Source: the human T2T-CHM13v2.0 reference genome, Homo sapiens | DNA length: 64,000 nt | Assembly: GCF_009914755.1 (NCBI RefSeq) | Contig: NC_060948.1 | Strand: one strand, 5' to 3' | Notes under the pieces: model-generated | What the model was told of the DNA's origin: nothing | The model's input: the letters and a program-made list of their open reading frames with translations, nothing else | Database searches by the model: none | Shown here: positions 32,551 through 53,352 of the stretch, in pieces | Numbering within the stretch: the first letter of the stretch is position 1 | Layout: every line of letters starts with the position of its first letter | Made by a program: the position numbers and the translations under genes

Positions 32551-35264
32551 ATATTTATTATGTTGTAAGAACATTTTATCTTAAATTGATCATGCTGCCA
32601 TTAAGAAAATGGAATTATTTAAAGTTTTATTGTCTCAGAAAAGTTAAAATTTTATATCTATTTTTAGTAGATTTTTACCAAGCACTCTCATTAACTTATG
32701 ATATCTTATTTTGTTACTAGGTTTGCAATTATGGCAGTAATACTTTTTGCCAACATTTATCTGTACAATCATTTTGAGACTGGAAATAAAACGTTTTGAT
32801 GACAATGGTAATTCTTGTGCTAGTTGTGGTAATTACCTAAGTCTTTCTATTATCTTAATTCTCAAACTTGTTATCTGTGCCTACAATTCCTCTCCTATAT
32901 AATAGAGAAAATTAAAATTATCCTTATGTAGCATGCAGGGATATTATAAAAGCTAATGATATAAGTAAAATCTATAAAGTTTGCTGAGTACCCTGAAGAA
33001 AACTGTTCTGTAAACAATAGTTATGGGTTTTACTCTGTAGGTTGAGGTTAATTATAGTCTTTCACAATTTTTCTAAGACTTGATGCTTCATACTCCTTAA
33101 AAAGCCTATTTTACGACTTAAACTTAGTTTTCCATACATGTTTTATGTATGTATACAGAGAAAAATATGACAACATTAATCTATTTCTTGATCAGTGCCA
33201 CTGGCTCTACATTTTTTTCTGGACCTAGTTCAGTTTTTGTTTTGTTTTGTTTTGTTTTAAGTCTTCCACTTACCCTCTTTGGCTTATCTTTTGAATCAAA
33301 TGTCTCCTCTTCATTTGCCTTTGTCTCCTCGTGGCCCTCCATATGACAGTGATACTGCTAATATGAGTACTTTCTCATATACTGCCTCTACCATCTGGAA
33401 TTGCTTTATTTACATCTCATTCATATGACCTTATTTTTTTAAAAAAGATTTCCTCTCTTCTTTTCTTTTTTCAAGCTGAGAACTTATTTTCCTATCCCCT
33501 TTCTAAGACAATCACGACTGTTTTTTTTTTCCAGTAGATTTTGTAGAAGAGGTGTGTAATAACGTACTTGAACTTTTTTATTTTTAATTATTCTAAATTA
33601 AATAGGTCTTAAAATATCCTTTTTCAAGCAGAAGATTTGCTATAACAAGCCTTTCCTGGATGCTAGTATGTTTTTCTGGCTTATAAGAGAGCCAAGATAT
33701 CCTCTGAGGACAAGAGTTGTTTAGAAGAATTCATTTAAAATAGTTTGACCAGGGAAATATAGCAGAATAAACAGCCTGCATCCTAAGGACAGTGGAACAA
33801 GGGGAGCATTGCTGTCAGTAATGCAAATAACAAAGTAAATGGTTAACAGAAGAACGAAGTTGTGTTCTAGATAATCATACACTGCCTCTACGGTCTGGAT
33901 GCATGAATTCTAGAGAAACAATTTAATGGACTATAAATAAATTAAGAAGTTTAATACTTTATAGATTACTTTTAGTTGAACAGAGTGCTTTATTTAAGTC
34001 ACTGAATGATTATATGCATGAATTTTAGATTGCATATAGATATCAAAAAGCCAAAGAATATGATCATGCTTAGCTACAAGCTAATGCATATTCAATTAAC
34101 TCCCATTAAACTACCTTCAATAAATAAGTAAATATAAAATGAAGGCTACTTACATTGTTTGAATACACAATATAATAAGATTCTGATGCTGATTATTTGA
34201 TTTTGTGTTTAGTGGTTTCATACTGCTTTTGCTTGGAGGATGTAAGTATTTAACAGATCCTGTGTGTTTCAGGAGGCATTTAAATCTTTTAATTTTGCTG
34301 TGAGGAAAGTTATTCCTAAGGGATCAGTCACAGATAGCTATATTACCCCCATCAAATGCATCATTTTCCTAGATTCCAAACCCTATGTAGAAATCTCCAA
34401 GTTGAAGAAGTAACAATGACCATGCTATCAATGTTTAATCCTTTGGAAACCATAGTAATGGTATAGGAATGCACCTTTTTAACTAGAAGTACTCATGGGC
34501 CTGGAAAAGTGAAGATGACCTCATGGGGGAATGGATATATGGCCCTAAACTGGAAAATCATTGGCTGGCTTCTGTATAGGCTATTTATAGCCCATTTATT
34601 CATCTGCAGCTTTTAAGATTCTAAACATTTCTCTATAATCTATTTTCCCTATAGTTTGAGGTTAATTATACTCTGTTTATCTATATGTTTAAGATCAATT
34701 ACCTAACTGCTAAAATGAAAGCATTTTCATATAGCTAGAGCTCTCACACAGAAAACTAGTTTACGTGTAAGGTAACCAGTTTAATAAAACTGATAATCTC
34801 TTTAGCTCTTAGAAATTGGATTTTAATTATTTATCTAATAGACAAGACTTCTTAAGCTATATTTTCTACTCAAATATACTAATGGAAATGTAAGTAATTT
34901 AAAATTTTTCTCCAACTGTTTTGTGGATGTTTTGTAAACTGTAATCTCATTGTAACTATGTCTGGTGTTCTACAATCTAGACTATAAAGGTGTGAAGCAA
35001 AAAAAAAGATTTCTTTCTGAAATAATGTTTTGCATTACTATTTTACACCACAAAATAGTGACTGGCCTTATTTAGGTATTGATTAATGTAAAAAATGGCA
35101 TTTTACCCAATAACCTTCCTGTTATTACCAGGCAACTATGAAATTTAGTGACACAATTATTTTTGTTTCTTTTTTTCATCTTAAGGAACAAGTTCTTAAT
35201 TAGATTCGATACAGCTATAAGTAAACATAAACTATGTTCTTATGTAACCTCAAGAGTTATTTTA

Positions 35265-35578
<314 letters not shown>

Positions 35579-36073
35579 TTAAAGTGTCTCCATGCCTTGT
35601 TACACAGTTCATTGACAATTGTTTAATCTGTTGCTGCTAAGTTTCCTTAAATTTGTGATTATTTCAATGAGTTAGTGATAGTTTATTCACCCATATTTGT
35701 GGTGCATTGCCACAAGGAATTATTGACACTTCTTTTTACTGACAACAGCTTTTTTGTTTTGTGTTTACAGTGTGATGTTGAGAGTTTTGTTGTTTCCTCA
35801 CAAATAACTGACTGCATAACTCTATGCTTTCCTACATGGTTAGCAATTGCTATTTCATGAAAAATTGGATTTGCTTTCCTAGTTGCAGTTATCAGTCGGT
35901 GCTTCTTAAAAAGATAGCTGTTTATTTTGATGACTGCTTAGGCAATATTTATTATTAAGTATTGCTTTCTCAAATGATTTTTCACAGAGGCAGTGGACAA
36001 ATGGTTTGACCTGTACAGTGTACAGTGTACAAAGATTCATTTTGTAGCTTAAAGAATGAATTATCTTTGTGTC

Positions 36074-36076
<3 letters not shown>

Positions 36077-36117
<41 letters not shown>
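36077..36117. repeat. (TG)n microsatellite, ~20 units
   Basis: Direct. Confidence 0.97.
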
Positions 36118-36119
<2 letters not shown>

Positions 36120-36121
36120 TA

Positions 36122-36280
36122 TAGAGACAGGGTCTCACAGTGTTACCCAGGCTGGAGTGTAGTGGCTTTGCACAGGCACAACCATGGCATGCTACAGCCT
36201 TGAACTCCTGGGCTCAATCAATTCCCCTGCCTCAGCCTCCTTAGAAGCTGAGACTACAGGCTAGCACTACCAGGCCCAGC
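36122..36280 (-). mobile_element. FAM (fossil Alu monomer)
   Basis: Single monomer retaining the 7SL-like 'gtggctttgcacaggcacaacc..ctacagccttgaactcctgggctcaa' segment. Confidence 0.75.
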
Positions 36281-37147
36281 GTTTTTTGTACATTTTTTAA
36301 TCTGTATTTTATCCTCATATGAATTTTTGTTATCTATTTGCCTTGTATAATATTAGGATGGGTATATCATTTATCCTCCAAATTAAGATTAAACAGGGAC
36401 ATTAAATTAAATTAAACAGGGACAACCAGAATATATAGTCACAATATTTAAAACCCCAAATTTCTACAGTAATTCCTTCTTTTCCATTTTACATCCTTCT
36501 TCTCAAGGTCTGGTCTACCTTGAGCCAGAGAGCTGCCATCTTCTGCAAAACATCAATGGGGTCAACTATTATTTGCACAAACTTGAACTTCACTCTGTTT
36601 TAATTTAGCAGAGCGACTCTCAGGCTGACTTGGTTCTGTTGGCAAAAGACTAGCTTCTGAAGAATTGTCTAACAGCAGAAACGCTGTCATCAAGCTTGTA
36701 CATAGGGTGAATTTTTTTCTGAGCTGGCATTGTTCATCTAATGTAGTGTTTTCTAAAGCTAAATTTTACACACACACAAAAAAAACAGACATGGAAAACG
36801 GGCATAATTGCATTTAGAATTATGTTACTTTTGGACATAAGATTTCTATTTCCTTTGATACTATTCAAATAGATGAAGACTATGTCGTTTGCTTCTATGC
36901 ACTGATCCACAAAATGTAGGAGGTATTAAATGTCTTGCCAAGTTACTAAACAAGTAAAGTTTTCAGAAGCTCAATGTGTGACCGAGTTTCTCCTTTTCTA
37001 CACATATTTCCCTAAATAGCCATTTGTCTACAGGCCATTTGAGTATAGCCTGAAGACAGGATGAGATACAGAACCACTTAAGCAGCTTTCCAAAATGAGG
37101 TTTTAGATTGTAGAGCCAAAGCTCTGAGTGGTTTTTGTAAGAGAGGA

Positions 37148-37303
37148 ATTTTTTTTTTGTTTTTTTTTTTTCTTGAGACAGAGTCTCGCTGTTGCCCAGG
37201 CTGAAGTGCAATGACGCGATCTCGGCTCACTGCAGACTCCGCCCCATGGGGGTTCACTCTATTCTCCTGCCTCAGCCTCCCGAGTAGCTGGGACTACAGG
37301 CAC
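37148..37303 (-). mobile_element. Alu right arm only (AluY-like, 5'-truncated)
   Basis: T tail, gagacagagtctcgc..gggactacaggc, then unique sequence. Confidence 0.9.
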
Positions 37304-37357
37304 ATTCTTTATGACTTTATCTCCATGGACATATTCTTCATAAATATTTAGAACAGC

Positions 37358-37610
37358 TTATACTGTCTTCTATTATACTGGCTTGAAGATAATTGATACC
37401 ATTGATGCAGGATCAAGTGTTGTCTCTTTGTTCATCTACATTACAAAACATGGTGTCACCAATAATCTAATTGTTTTTGTTATACTTTCCTATGTTACTG
37501 GTTTGAAGATAATCGATACCATTGATTTGGGATCAAATTTGTATTTTGCTGTTTTTCTCCATTCATCAACAGTACAAAATGTGCTGTCACCCATAATAGT
37601 TTATTTTTGC
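37358..37610. repeat. Diverged tandem duplication, 2 copies of ~120-130 bp
   Basis: tactgg(c/t)ttgaagataat(t/c)gataccattgat..ggatcaa at ~37376 and ~37496, and tgtcacc(a/c)ataat in both. Confidence 0.85.
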
Positions 37611-38234
37611 ATCGTATGTTTTGGATTTCTACATTCATTTGCCTGAATTTTTCACTCAGGGTTTTGGATATTATATATTTCATATGCAGCATGTATCATT
37701 TGTTGGTGACTTAAATGCCTGTATCCTATTATAACAGAACTAATCACTTTTCTAAAGATAAGTATAAGTTTGGTCCACAAAAAAATTTCTATGTGCATTG
37801 ACTCATTGAACCTGCTACGATGAAGACTTCTACTTTACAATTCAACTATGCATATCAGGATTACTGATTTCTTTATATGACATTACTTATGAAAAGAAGT
37901 AATTTTATGAATTACTAAACACTTTCCAAGTATGTTTATTTTGAAACTTGCCTTTAATTAATAGAGATAGCTTGAATATTTAGCATAGTCCCTAATAAAA
38001 ATAATTGAATTAAATTTAAGTATCTAGTCAATAGAATTAATAGCAATTGCTATAAACCTAAATAATTATGGTGATAATAAAAATCAAGTTAAATACAAGA
38101 TGTGGTATAGGGGTTCAGTTAGCTTAATAATCTAATGTTTTACTAGTCCACATTCAATTTTAGAGTAATGATGTTGAAAATGCAAATTACTTATTATTAG
38201 GTTCCTTAACTTTACTATTTATTTGCTTTTTAGT

Positions 38235-38452
38235 TTTTTTAAAGTTTTATTTTAGGTTTAGGAGTACATGTGCAGGTTTGTTATATAGGTAAACTCCTGT
38301 CTTGGGGGTTTATTGTACAGATTAATTCATCACCCAGGTACTAAGACAGGTAAGTACCCAATAGTTATTTTTTTCTGCTCCTCTCTCTCCTCTCACCCTC
38401 CACCCTAAAGTAGGCCCAATATCTGTTGTTCCCTTCTTTGTGTCCATGAGTT
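38235..38452 (-). mobile_element. L1PA15-16-like 3'UTR fragment
   Basis: 'ttttattttaggttt..gtttgttatataggtaaact..gtgtccatgag'. Confidence 0.85.
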
Positions 38453-40427
38453 ATCTTTATATTAATTATTTTTATTTCACTACTTGGCAGTTTGCCAAAT
38501 CAGAAACTTGATTTTGATAAGAGAAAAATGTCTATTTCAGAAGTTAAAAATCCGTATTTACCAAATGTTTACCAGTCTACTATCATTGATAGGGTTCACT
38601 ATATTTCAATACATATATCCCAGTGTTGTCAAATTTTTGAGATATTGTGATTTTATTAGTGTTTGATAATGAAAACATAACTTCAAAGTCTATTACCTGA
38701 GCATTGCTTTAATATCCAGGATTCTTTGTACCTGCCATTATGTTCCTGAAAGTACATTTAGCATAATATGTATAGCTAATTTATTTGAAAACATAGCCAA
38801 TTCTTCATTATTCAGAAGTTAATAATCAAATTTCATGAATCATATCCCTCCCCACTACATCCTACTACATTTCATTTTCCTTCAAAATACTTTAAAAATA
38901 CTTCCTAGAAATTATCTACTTTAGCAAATGCATTTCAAGATTCTCAGAAAATATTTTTTAATAGTCCAGAATTATTCATAGGATTAGATAAGCTCAAATC
39001 TCCATTAGATGTTCTTTTCTGTTATTAGTAAACTCCCCTCTTTAGTTTAGATCAGTGTTGTAGCACCCTTATTCTTGGTTTCTATTACATTTACAGTATC
39101 TTACAAGGAGCAGCATCTGTTACTGTTCTAAGAGATTAAGTCAAACCAAATAGGTGTGTCTATTTAGAATAATAGGGATTTTTAAGAGAATTATAATTGG
39201 ATCTTGTAGGTGTCACAAACCTCAGTGTAATAGGCATCATTGATAAGAGATTCCTCTTTTAACTGTTTATTTTGGCATTGCTACATTCGTTTTGAAGATT
39301 TTCTTGGTAGCCTTGCATACATGTCTTTAAACCATTTTTCTTACAATTAGATGCTGTGATAACATATAGAGGCTGTGGATACCTACAATTTTAACTTCTG
39401 CTTTGACTCCCAGAAGGAAAGTATAAATATTATACTGGCTCTGATATATTACAACTTTACATTAATTTTTAGACAAGATAAAAAGTATTTTTAACATATT
39501 TTCTACCATATTGCTCAATTATCATCCTTTTATCATAGTAACTTATCAATGTTACAAAACGTTTTTGTGGGCATTATAGTTTGGAACTCAATTTTGAGAA
39601 CATTGTTTTAAAAATCTTATCAAGATATGACTTTCCAAATACAACATTTGTATTACAATTAGATGTATACCTTGTTCTTTTTTTCACTTTTAAATTAAAA
39701 CATGTGGCTGCTCACGGATTGAAAACAGGTTTACCTATATATGTCCTTACCAATTGGTAAGCATTATTCAAAGTAGATCATAAAAAGGAGACAAAAGCCT
39801 TGATATTCCCAATTAAAAAGATTTAAACTAAAAACTCCTTCTGCTAACTGTATACTGTTGAAGCATTTATTGTATAACCCTTAACTATCAAGAACTGCCA
39901 CATCTTTTGATATTTGTGACAGCTATTTTAGGAGAATAAGGGAGATGCAATGTTATAATAGGTAAGGGATGAAGATCAGCTTCCTGGTAGATTACAAAGT
40001 AGTGATAATTCTGCTTTCATCCTATTGTGTTTTTTTTCTGCACTATAGATTGAATTACATATTATTGCTCAATGTGATGCTGATTAATTAAGATGTAGGG
40101 AGCTGTGGAAAATTATCCATATTTTGTCATAAACTTATGTTTACTGACTGTACATCAGAAAATCACTAAATAATGCATGAAATTATAAAAATTACATTAA
40201 AATATTAAAATTACCTGTAAAACCTAGATATTTAAACCACTGTAGTTTTTCATATGATATTGTCAGATCAAATACACTTGCCACTTTCATTTAAGAAATA
40301 ATTACCAATATTAGATGTAAGTTAAAATAAACATAAAATAAAAAGAGTTGGACATTTATTCATATCAAATAAATAGACTAATGTCTTCTATGGATACCTA
40401 CTCTTTTCCATATTTTTAGTTGTTCTT

Positions 40428-40540
40428 CCATTTTTAATTTTTATGACTACATAGTAGGTGTACGTATTTGTGCGGTACATGAGATATTTTGATTCAGTCA
40501 TACAATGTGTAATAATCACATCAGGGTAAATGGGGTGTCC
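40428..40540 (-). mobile_element. L1MA 3' terminal fragment
   Basis: 'acatagtaggtgta..gtacatgagatattttgat..aatcacatcagggtaaatgggg'. Confidence 0.8.
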
Positions 40541-40965
40541 TCAGTTCTTTGTCACCTGTGGTTTTAGCTCTGATTAAGAACTTGTCTTGGAACCTAAGTC
40601 AAAGTTTGATTTTAAATTTTTCATTGAAATTGACAGGTCGGCTGAGGAAATCAAGATTTCTCCAGTTCTGTAGTCAGGTGGTCTGATCGTTAGACTAATT
40701 GGATTTACATAAACCCAAGTATTACATTTTACATATGCATTGATTTTTATCACCTCTATTTTCAAGCTGTTGTATAAATGTTGCAGCTTTCAGGCCCTAC
40801 TTCCATTGGTAACAGATAGAAACTGGTTTGCTGCTATTCTGTCCTGGCATACAAATAATCTAAGTCAAAAGCTTCGCTTTTCATGTTTTTCTAGGATAGT
40901 GAGAGGAAAAAAAAAAATTTCTCCTACTCAAAGCATTTATTTCATTTCTATTTTCATAAAATTAG

Positions 40966-41360
<395 letters not shown>

Positions 41361-41577
41361 TAGTCAGTTTAATGCCCTAAAAAAATGATGTTTGCACAAA
41401 TGATTCTAATGCACAAATGTTATTAGTTTCTATACATTTATATTTTCTCAGAGTCTTTTCTGATTATTTGCTGGACCCTACATTTATAATTCTATTTATG
41501 CCGATTTCAGAGTAAAATTTCTATTGGGGTACAATTTAGTCTTTTTCTTCTAGGATTGCAATTTTCATTCTGTTGGC

Positions 41578-41818
41578 CTAGGGCTTCTCAACCTTGGCAT
41601 TATTGACATTTGAAGCTAGATAATTCTTCCTTGTGGGGTGGTGTGAGAGCTGTCTTATGTACTGCAGGAAGTTTGGCAGCATCTCTGGCCTCTACCAAAT
41701 AGATCTTAGTGGCACTCTCTTGCCTAATTGTGACAAGCAAAAATGTCTCCAGAGTTTGACAAATGTTTTCTCGGGTTGCGGTGGGGGCCCCAGGAATTTC
41801 AACAATAGAAAACCATTG
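41578..41818. mobile_element. MER20 (hAT-Charlie)
   Basis: ttctcaaccttggcattattgacattt..gcagcatctctggcctctac..aaaaatgtctccaga..agaaaaccattg. Confidence 0.85.
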
Positions 41819-42794
41819 CTTTAGCTCACCCTTACACATATTCATAAGAGAGGATTTTGTATTTTATAGAAAGATTTTATTAACTCCAAAAAGGAGTCAG
41901 ACTTGAAAACCTTCAAAAACCTTCAAATGATGAGCATTCTCAGATAAAATATTTCAGAAATGTTGAAACAATAAATGCTATTTGAATAACACATACTTTA
42001 GTGGTCATAGGTGAAATAGTATTAGGACATATATCAAGTCCTTTGATAAAAAGATATTTTATGAAGTAATAGTGCCTTTTAACAAATTCATAATATGTTA
42101 TAATTTATCGTAAATGTAGAAGTTACTTTCTTATCTGGTGTGACTGAAGGGGAACACAGTGCTAAATGATAAAACAGAGTAGCCTGAGGTGGTTTTCTTC
42201 TAATTTCAGGTCAGATTTACATTTCACTAATTGCACAAAAGTTTTTCAATATTAATTTTGTTTTGTATATACAGAAAACATATTTATTATTAGCACTAGC
42301 AAAATCTTATGTAATGAACCCACTTCATAAATAGAATATTTATGTTAATCAAATATGAATGTTTTGCCAACCTAATTTCAAATCTTAACATAAAAAATTG
42401 GAATGAGAAAATTGATACATATGAGTATATTGGTATATGTATTATAAATGATTCAACCTCAGCTAGTAAAGGAAGTTTTATTATTTTCAACAGTAAAATC
42501 ATTATTTTTCTAATTTGATTTCATAGTTATGTAAGAATTATTAGCAATGTTAAAATAATAAACTTTGAGCAAAACTATTTCCTGATTGTTAATGGATAAG
42601 AAAAAGATAAAAATTGACATCTAGAATTAGGCAAAGGAAAAACTAATGGAAGATTCAATATATGAATGAGACACAAAAGTTGATAGTGGTGTGTGATAGA
42701 ACTAATTACAAGCGTTTTTTAAGCTAATGTTTTTAGTTATAGATTTATTTATGAAAAATTGTTCTTAGCTCTTGAATTTTATAGTGTTTTTAAA

Positions 42795-45415
42795 TTTTTA
42801 ATGTATTTACTTTTTTCTTTTTAATTTTTGTTAGTACATCATAGGTGTATATATTCATGGGGTACATGAAATACTTTGATACAGACATGCAATTGTCATG
42901 ATCACATCGTGGTAAATGGGACATCCATTCCCTCAAGCATTTATCCTTTGTGTTACACACAATCCAATGATACTTTTAGTTATTTTAAAACATATGATTA
43001 AATTATTATTGACTGTAGCCACCCTGTTGTGTTAGCAAACGCTAGGTCTTATTCATTCTTTCTTTTTTGGTACCCATTAATCATCCCTACCTCCCCTGCC
43101 TACCAACAACCCTTGCTAGCCTCTGGTAACCACCTTCTACTCTCTGTCTTCATGAGTTCAATTGTTGAAATTTTTAGCTCCCACAAATATGTGAGAACGT
43201 GTGAAGTTTCTCTTTCTGTGCCTGGCTTACTTCAATTAACATAATGATCCATGCATCCATGTTGTTGCAAATGACAGGATCTCATTCTCTTTTCTGAATA
43301 GTACTCCATTTTGTATATGTACCAGATTTCCTTTACCCATTCATCTGTTGATGAACACTTCAGTTGCTTCCAAATCTTGGCTACTGTGAATAGTGCTGCA
43401 AAAAACCCTGGGAGTGCAGATATCACTTTGATATACTTATCTCCTTTCTTTTGTGCATATACCCAGCAATGGGATTGCTGGATTGTAATGGTAGCTCAAT
43501 TCTTAGTTTTTTGAGGAACCTCCAAACTGTTCTCCAAGTGATTGTACTAATTTATATTCCCACAAACACTGTACAAGGATTCGCTTTTCTCCACATCGTT
43601 GCCAACATTTGTTACCACCCGTGTTTTAGATAAAAGCCATTTCAACGGGGGTGAGATAATATCTTATTGTAGTTTTGATTTGCATTTCTCTGATGATTAA
43701 TTATGTCAAACATCTTTTCATATGCCTGTTTGCCATTTGTATATCTTATTTCGAGAAATGCCTATTCAAATCTTTTGCCCATTTTTTATTACAATATTAG
43801 ATTTCTTTTTCTCTAGAGTGATTTGAGCTCTCCATATATTCTGATTATTAATCCTTTGTCAGATGGGTAGTTTGCAATATTTTCTCCCATTCTGTGGGTT
43901 GTCTCTTCACTTTGTTGTTGATTGTGTCCTTTGCTGTGCAGAAGCTTTGTAACTTGATGTGATCCCATTTGCCCATTTTTGCTTTGGTTGCCTGTGCTTG
44001 TGAGGTATTGCTCAAGAAATCTTTGCCCAGACCAATATCCTGGAGATTGTTTCCAATGTTTTCTTGTATGGTATAATAGCTTGAGATCTTAAATTTAAGT
44101 ATTTACTCCGATTTGATTTGATTTTTCTATATGGTGAGAGATAGGGGTTTAATTTCATTCATCTGCATGTGGATATCAGGTTTTTCCAGCACCATTTATT
44201 GAAGAGATTGTATTTTCCCCAATGTATGTTTTTGGCAACCTCGTCAAACATTATTTCACTGTAGTAGTGAGGATTTGTTTCTGGGTTATCTGTTCTGTTC
44301 CATTGGTATATGTGTCTGTTCTTATGCCAATACCATGCTATTTGGTTACTATAGCTCTGTAGTATAATTTGAAGTCAGGTAATGTGATTCCTTCAGTTTT
44401 GTTCTTTTTGCTCAGGATAACTTTGTCTATACTGGGTTTTTTGTGTGGTTCTATACAAATCTGAGGATTTTTTTTCTATTTCTGTGAAGAATATCATTGG
44501 AATTTTTATTGGGATTGCATTGAACCTGTAGATTGCTTTAGGTAGTATGGACATTTTAACAATTTTGATTCTTCTAATCTATGAACATGGAATATTTTTT
44601 CCCTTTTTTGGTGCCCTCTTCAATTGCTTTCATCAGTGTTTCATAGTTTTCATGATTGAGATTTTTTACTTCTTTGGATAAGTTAATTCCTAGGTATTTA
44701 ATTTTTTGTGTGGCTATTATAAATGGAAATAATTTTTAAATTCTTTGTCACATTGGTCACTGTTGGCATATAGAAATGGTATTGATTTTTGTATGTTGAT
44801 TTTGGATCCTGCATCTTTACTGAAATTGTTTATCAGTTCTAATAGTTTTCTTGTGGAGTCTTTAGTTTTTTCCAAATATAACATCATATTATCTGTAAAC
44901 AATGATAATTTGAATTCTTCCTTTCCAATTTGGATAACCTTTATATCTTTCTCTTATCTGATGGCTCTAGCTAGGACTACCAGTACTATGTTGAATAATA
45001 GTGGTGACAGGGGGCATCCTTGTCATGTTCCAGATCTTAGAGGGAAGAATTTCCATTTTTCCACATTTAGTATGATACTAGCTGTGGATCTTTCATATGT
45101 GACTTTAATTGTGTTTAGATATGTTCCTTCTATCCCCAGTTTTTTGAGAGTTTTTGTCATGAAGGGATGTTGAATTTTATAAAATGCTTTTTCAGCATCA
45201 ATTGAAATGATCATATGGTTTTTATCCTTCATTCTATTGATGATATCTCACATTGATTTGCATATGTTGAACCATCCTTGTTTACCAGGGGTACATCCCA
45301 CTTGGTTATGATGAATGATCTTTCTAATGTATTGTTGAATTTGGTTTGCTAGTATTTTTGTTGAGGATTTTTGCATTAATAGTCATCAAAGATATTTGCT
45401 TGTAGTTTTCTCTTT
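42795..45415 (-). mobile_element. L1MA (MA1-4-like) 3' half; outer element of the nest
   Basis: L1MA 3'UTR plus degenerate ORF2 ([17 protein letters not shown]..); breaks at gtagttttctcttttt. Confidence 0.9.
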
Positions 45416-45417
45416 TT

Positions 45418-50995
<5,578 letters not shown>

Positions 50996-53315
50996 ACCCA
51001 GTTTTCTTTTTTTGATGTGTCTTAGTCTGATTTTTGTATCTGGGTAATGTTGGTCTCATAGAATGAGTCTGGAAATATTCTCTCCTCTATTTTTTGCAAT
51101 AGTTTCAGTAGAATTGGTATTAGTTCTTGTTTGAATGTTTGGTAGTATTCAGCAGTAAAGCCATCGGGTCCCAGGCTTTTCTTTACTGAGAGGCTTTTTT
51201 ATTACAGCTTTGATCTCACTACTAGTTATTGGCCTGTTCAGGATTTGAATTTCTTCCTGGTGAAATCTTGGTTGGTTCTATGTGTCTAGGAATTTCTCTA
51301 TTTTCTTCTAGGTTTTCCAATTTATTGGCATATAGTTGCTGATAGTAGCCACTAATGAGCCTTTGCATTTCTGCAGTGTCAGTTGTAAAGTCTCATTTTT
51401 TCATTTCTGATTTTATTTATTTATATCCTCTCTCTTTTTTCTTAGTTCATCTGGCTAAGAGTTTGTCAATTTTGTTTAACTATTTTAAAAAGCCGCTTTT
51501 TGTTTCTTCAACAATCTTTTTTCATTTTCTTCATTTCAATTTCATTTTATTCTACTCTAATCTTTATTATTTATTTCCTTCTACTAATTTTGGGTTTGGC
51601 TTGTTCTTGCTTTTCTACTTATTAAGATGAATTGTTAGATTCTTTATTTGAAGGTTTTCCTCTTTTTTGATGTAGGCACTAATAGCTATAAACTTCCCTC
51701 TTGGTACTGCTTTTGCTCTACCCCATAGGTTTTGGTATGCTGTGTTTTCTTTATTATTTGTTTCAAGAAACTTTTCAATTTACCTCTTAATTTCTTTATT
51801 GACCCACTGATCATTAAGCAGCATATTATTTAATTTCCGTGTATTTGTATAGTTTCCAAAATTCCTCTCTTTATTGATTTCTAGGTTTATTCTATTGTGC
51901 TTAGAGATGAGGCTTGATATTATTTCAATTTTTTGAATGTTTTAAGACTTGCTTTGTGACTTAACATATGGTCTATTCTTGACAATGATCCATGTGCTGA
52001 GGAAAAGAATGTGTATTCTGCAGCCGTTGGATGTAATGTTCTGTAAATATCTATTAGATGCATGTGGTGTATAGTACAGATTAAGTCTGATGTTTCTTTG
52101 TTGATTTTCTGTTGGGAAGATCTGTCCAGTGCTAAAAGTGGGGCATTGAAGTCTCTAGCTATTATTGTACTTGGGACAATCTCTTTTTAGCTCTAATAAT
52201 ATTTTCTTTATATATCCAGGAGCTCCAGTGTTGGGTGCATATATATTTAAAATTGTTATATCCTCTGACTGAATTGAAACCTTTATCATTATATACTGAC
52301 TTTCTCTCTTCTTAATTGCTTTTGTCTTGAAATTTACTCTGTTTGATATAAGTATAGCTACACCTGCTCTTTTTTGTTTTCCATTGGCATGGAATATTTT
52401 TTTCTCTTTTTCATTTTCAGTCTATGTGTGTCTTCATAAGTGAAATGTGTTTCTCATAAGCAACAGATCACTGGTTCTCAGTTTTTTCATCCATTTAGCC
52501 ATTCTTTGTCTTTTAATTGAAGATGTTAGTTCATTTACATTGAATAATATTGATAAGTAAGGACTTACTCCTGCCATTTTATTATTTGTTTCCTGGTTGT
52601 TTTGTGGTCTTCTCTTCCTTCTTTCTGTCCTTCCTGTCTTCCTCTAGTGAAGGAGATTTTCTCTGGTGATATGTTTTAGTCTCTTGCTTGTCATTTTTTG
52701 TGTTTTCATTTTATGTTTTTTGGTTTGAGGTTATTTTGAGGCTTGCAAATACCATCTTATAATGCAGTATTTTAAGCTGATAATAGCTTAACATTGTTTG
52801 CATAAACTGACAATCAAAAAGAAAACTAATAAAAATTCTACACCTTAACTTGATCCCCAAGATTTTTAACTTTTTGTTGCCGTACTATGTCTTGAAAAGC
52901 GGTTGTAGTTATTACTTTTGATTGGTTCATTGTTTATTCTTTCTACTTAGGATAAGAGTAGTTTACACATTACAGTTACAGTGTTATAATATTCTATGTT
53001 TTTCTGTGTACTTGCTGTTACCAGCGACTTTTGTACCTCCAGGTGATTACTTATTGCTCATTAATGTCTTTTTCTTTGGGTTTGAAGTACTCCCTTTAGC
53101 ATTTCTTGTAGGGCAGATCTCGTGTTGATGAAATCTCTCAGCTTTTGTCTGGGGAAATGTTTATTTCTCCTTCATGTTTGAAGGATATTTTCACCAGATA
53201 TACTATTTTAAGGTAAAAGTTTATTTTCCTTCAGCACTCTAAATATGTCATGCCACTCTCTTCTGATCTGTAAGATTTACACTGAGAAGCCTGCTTCCAG
53301 ACGTATTGGAGCTCC

Positions 53316-53317
<2 letters not shown>

Positions 53318-53350
<33 letters not shown>
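53318..53350. repeat. (TG)n microsatellite inside L1MA
   Basis: Direct. Confidence 0.95.
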
Positions 53351-53352
<2 letters not shown>

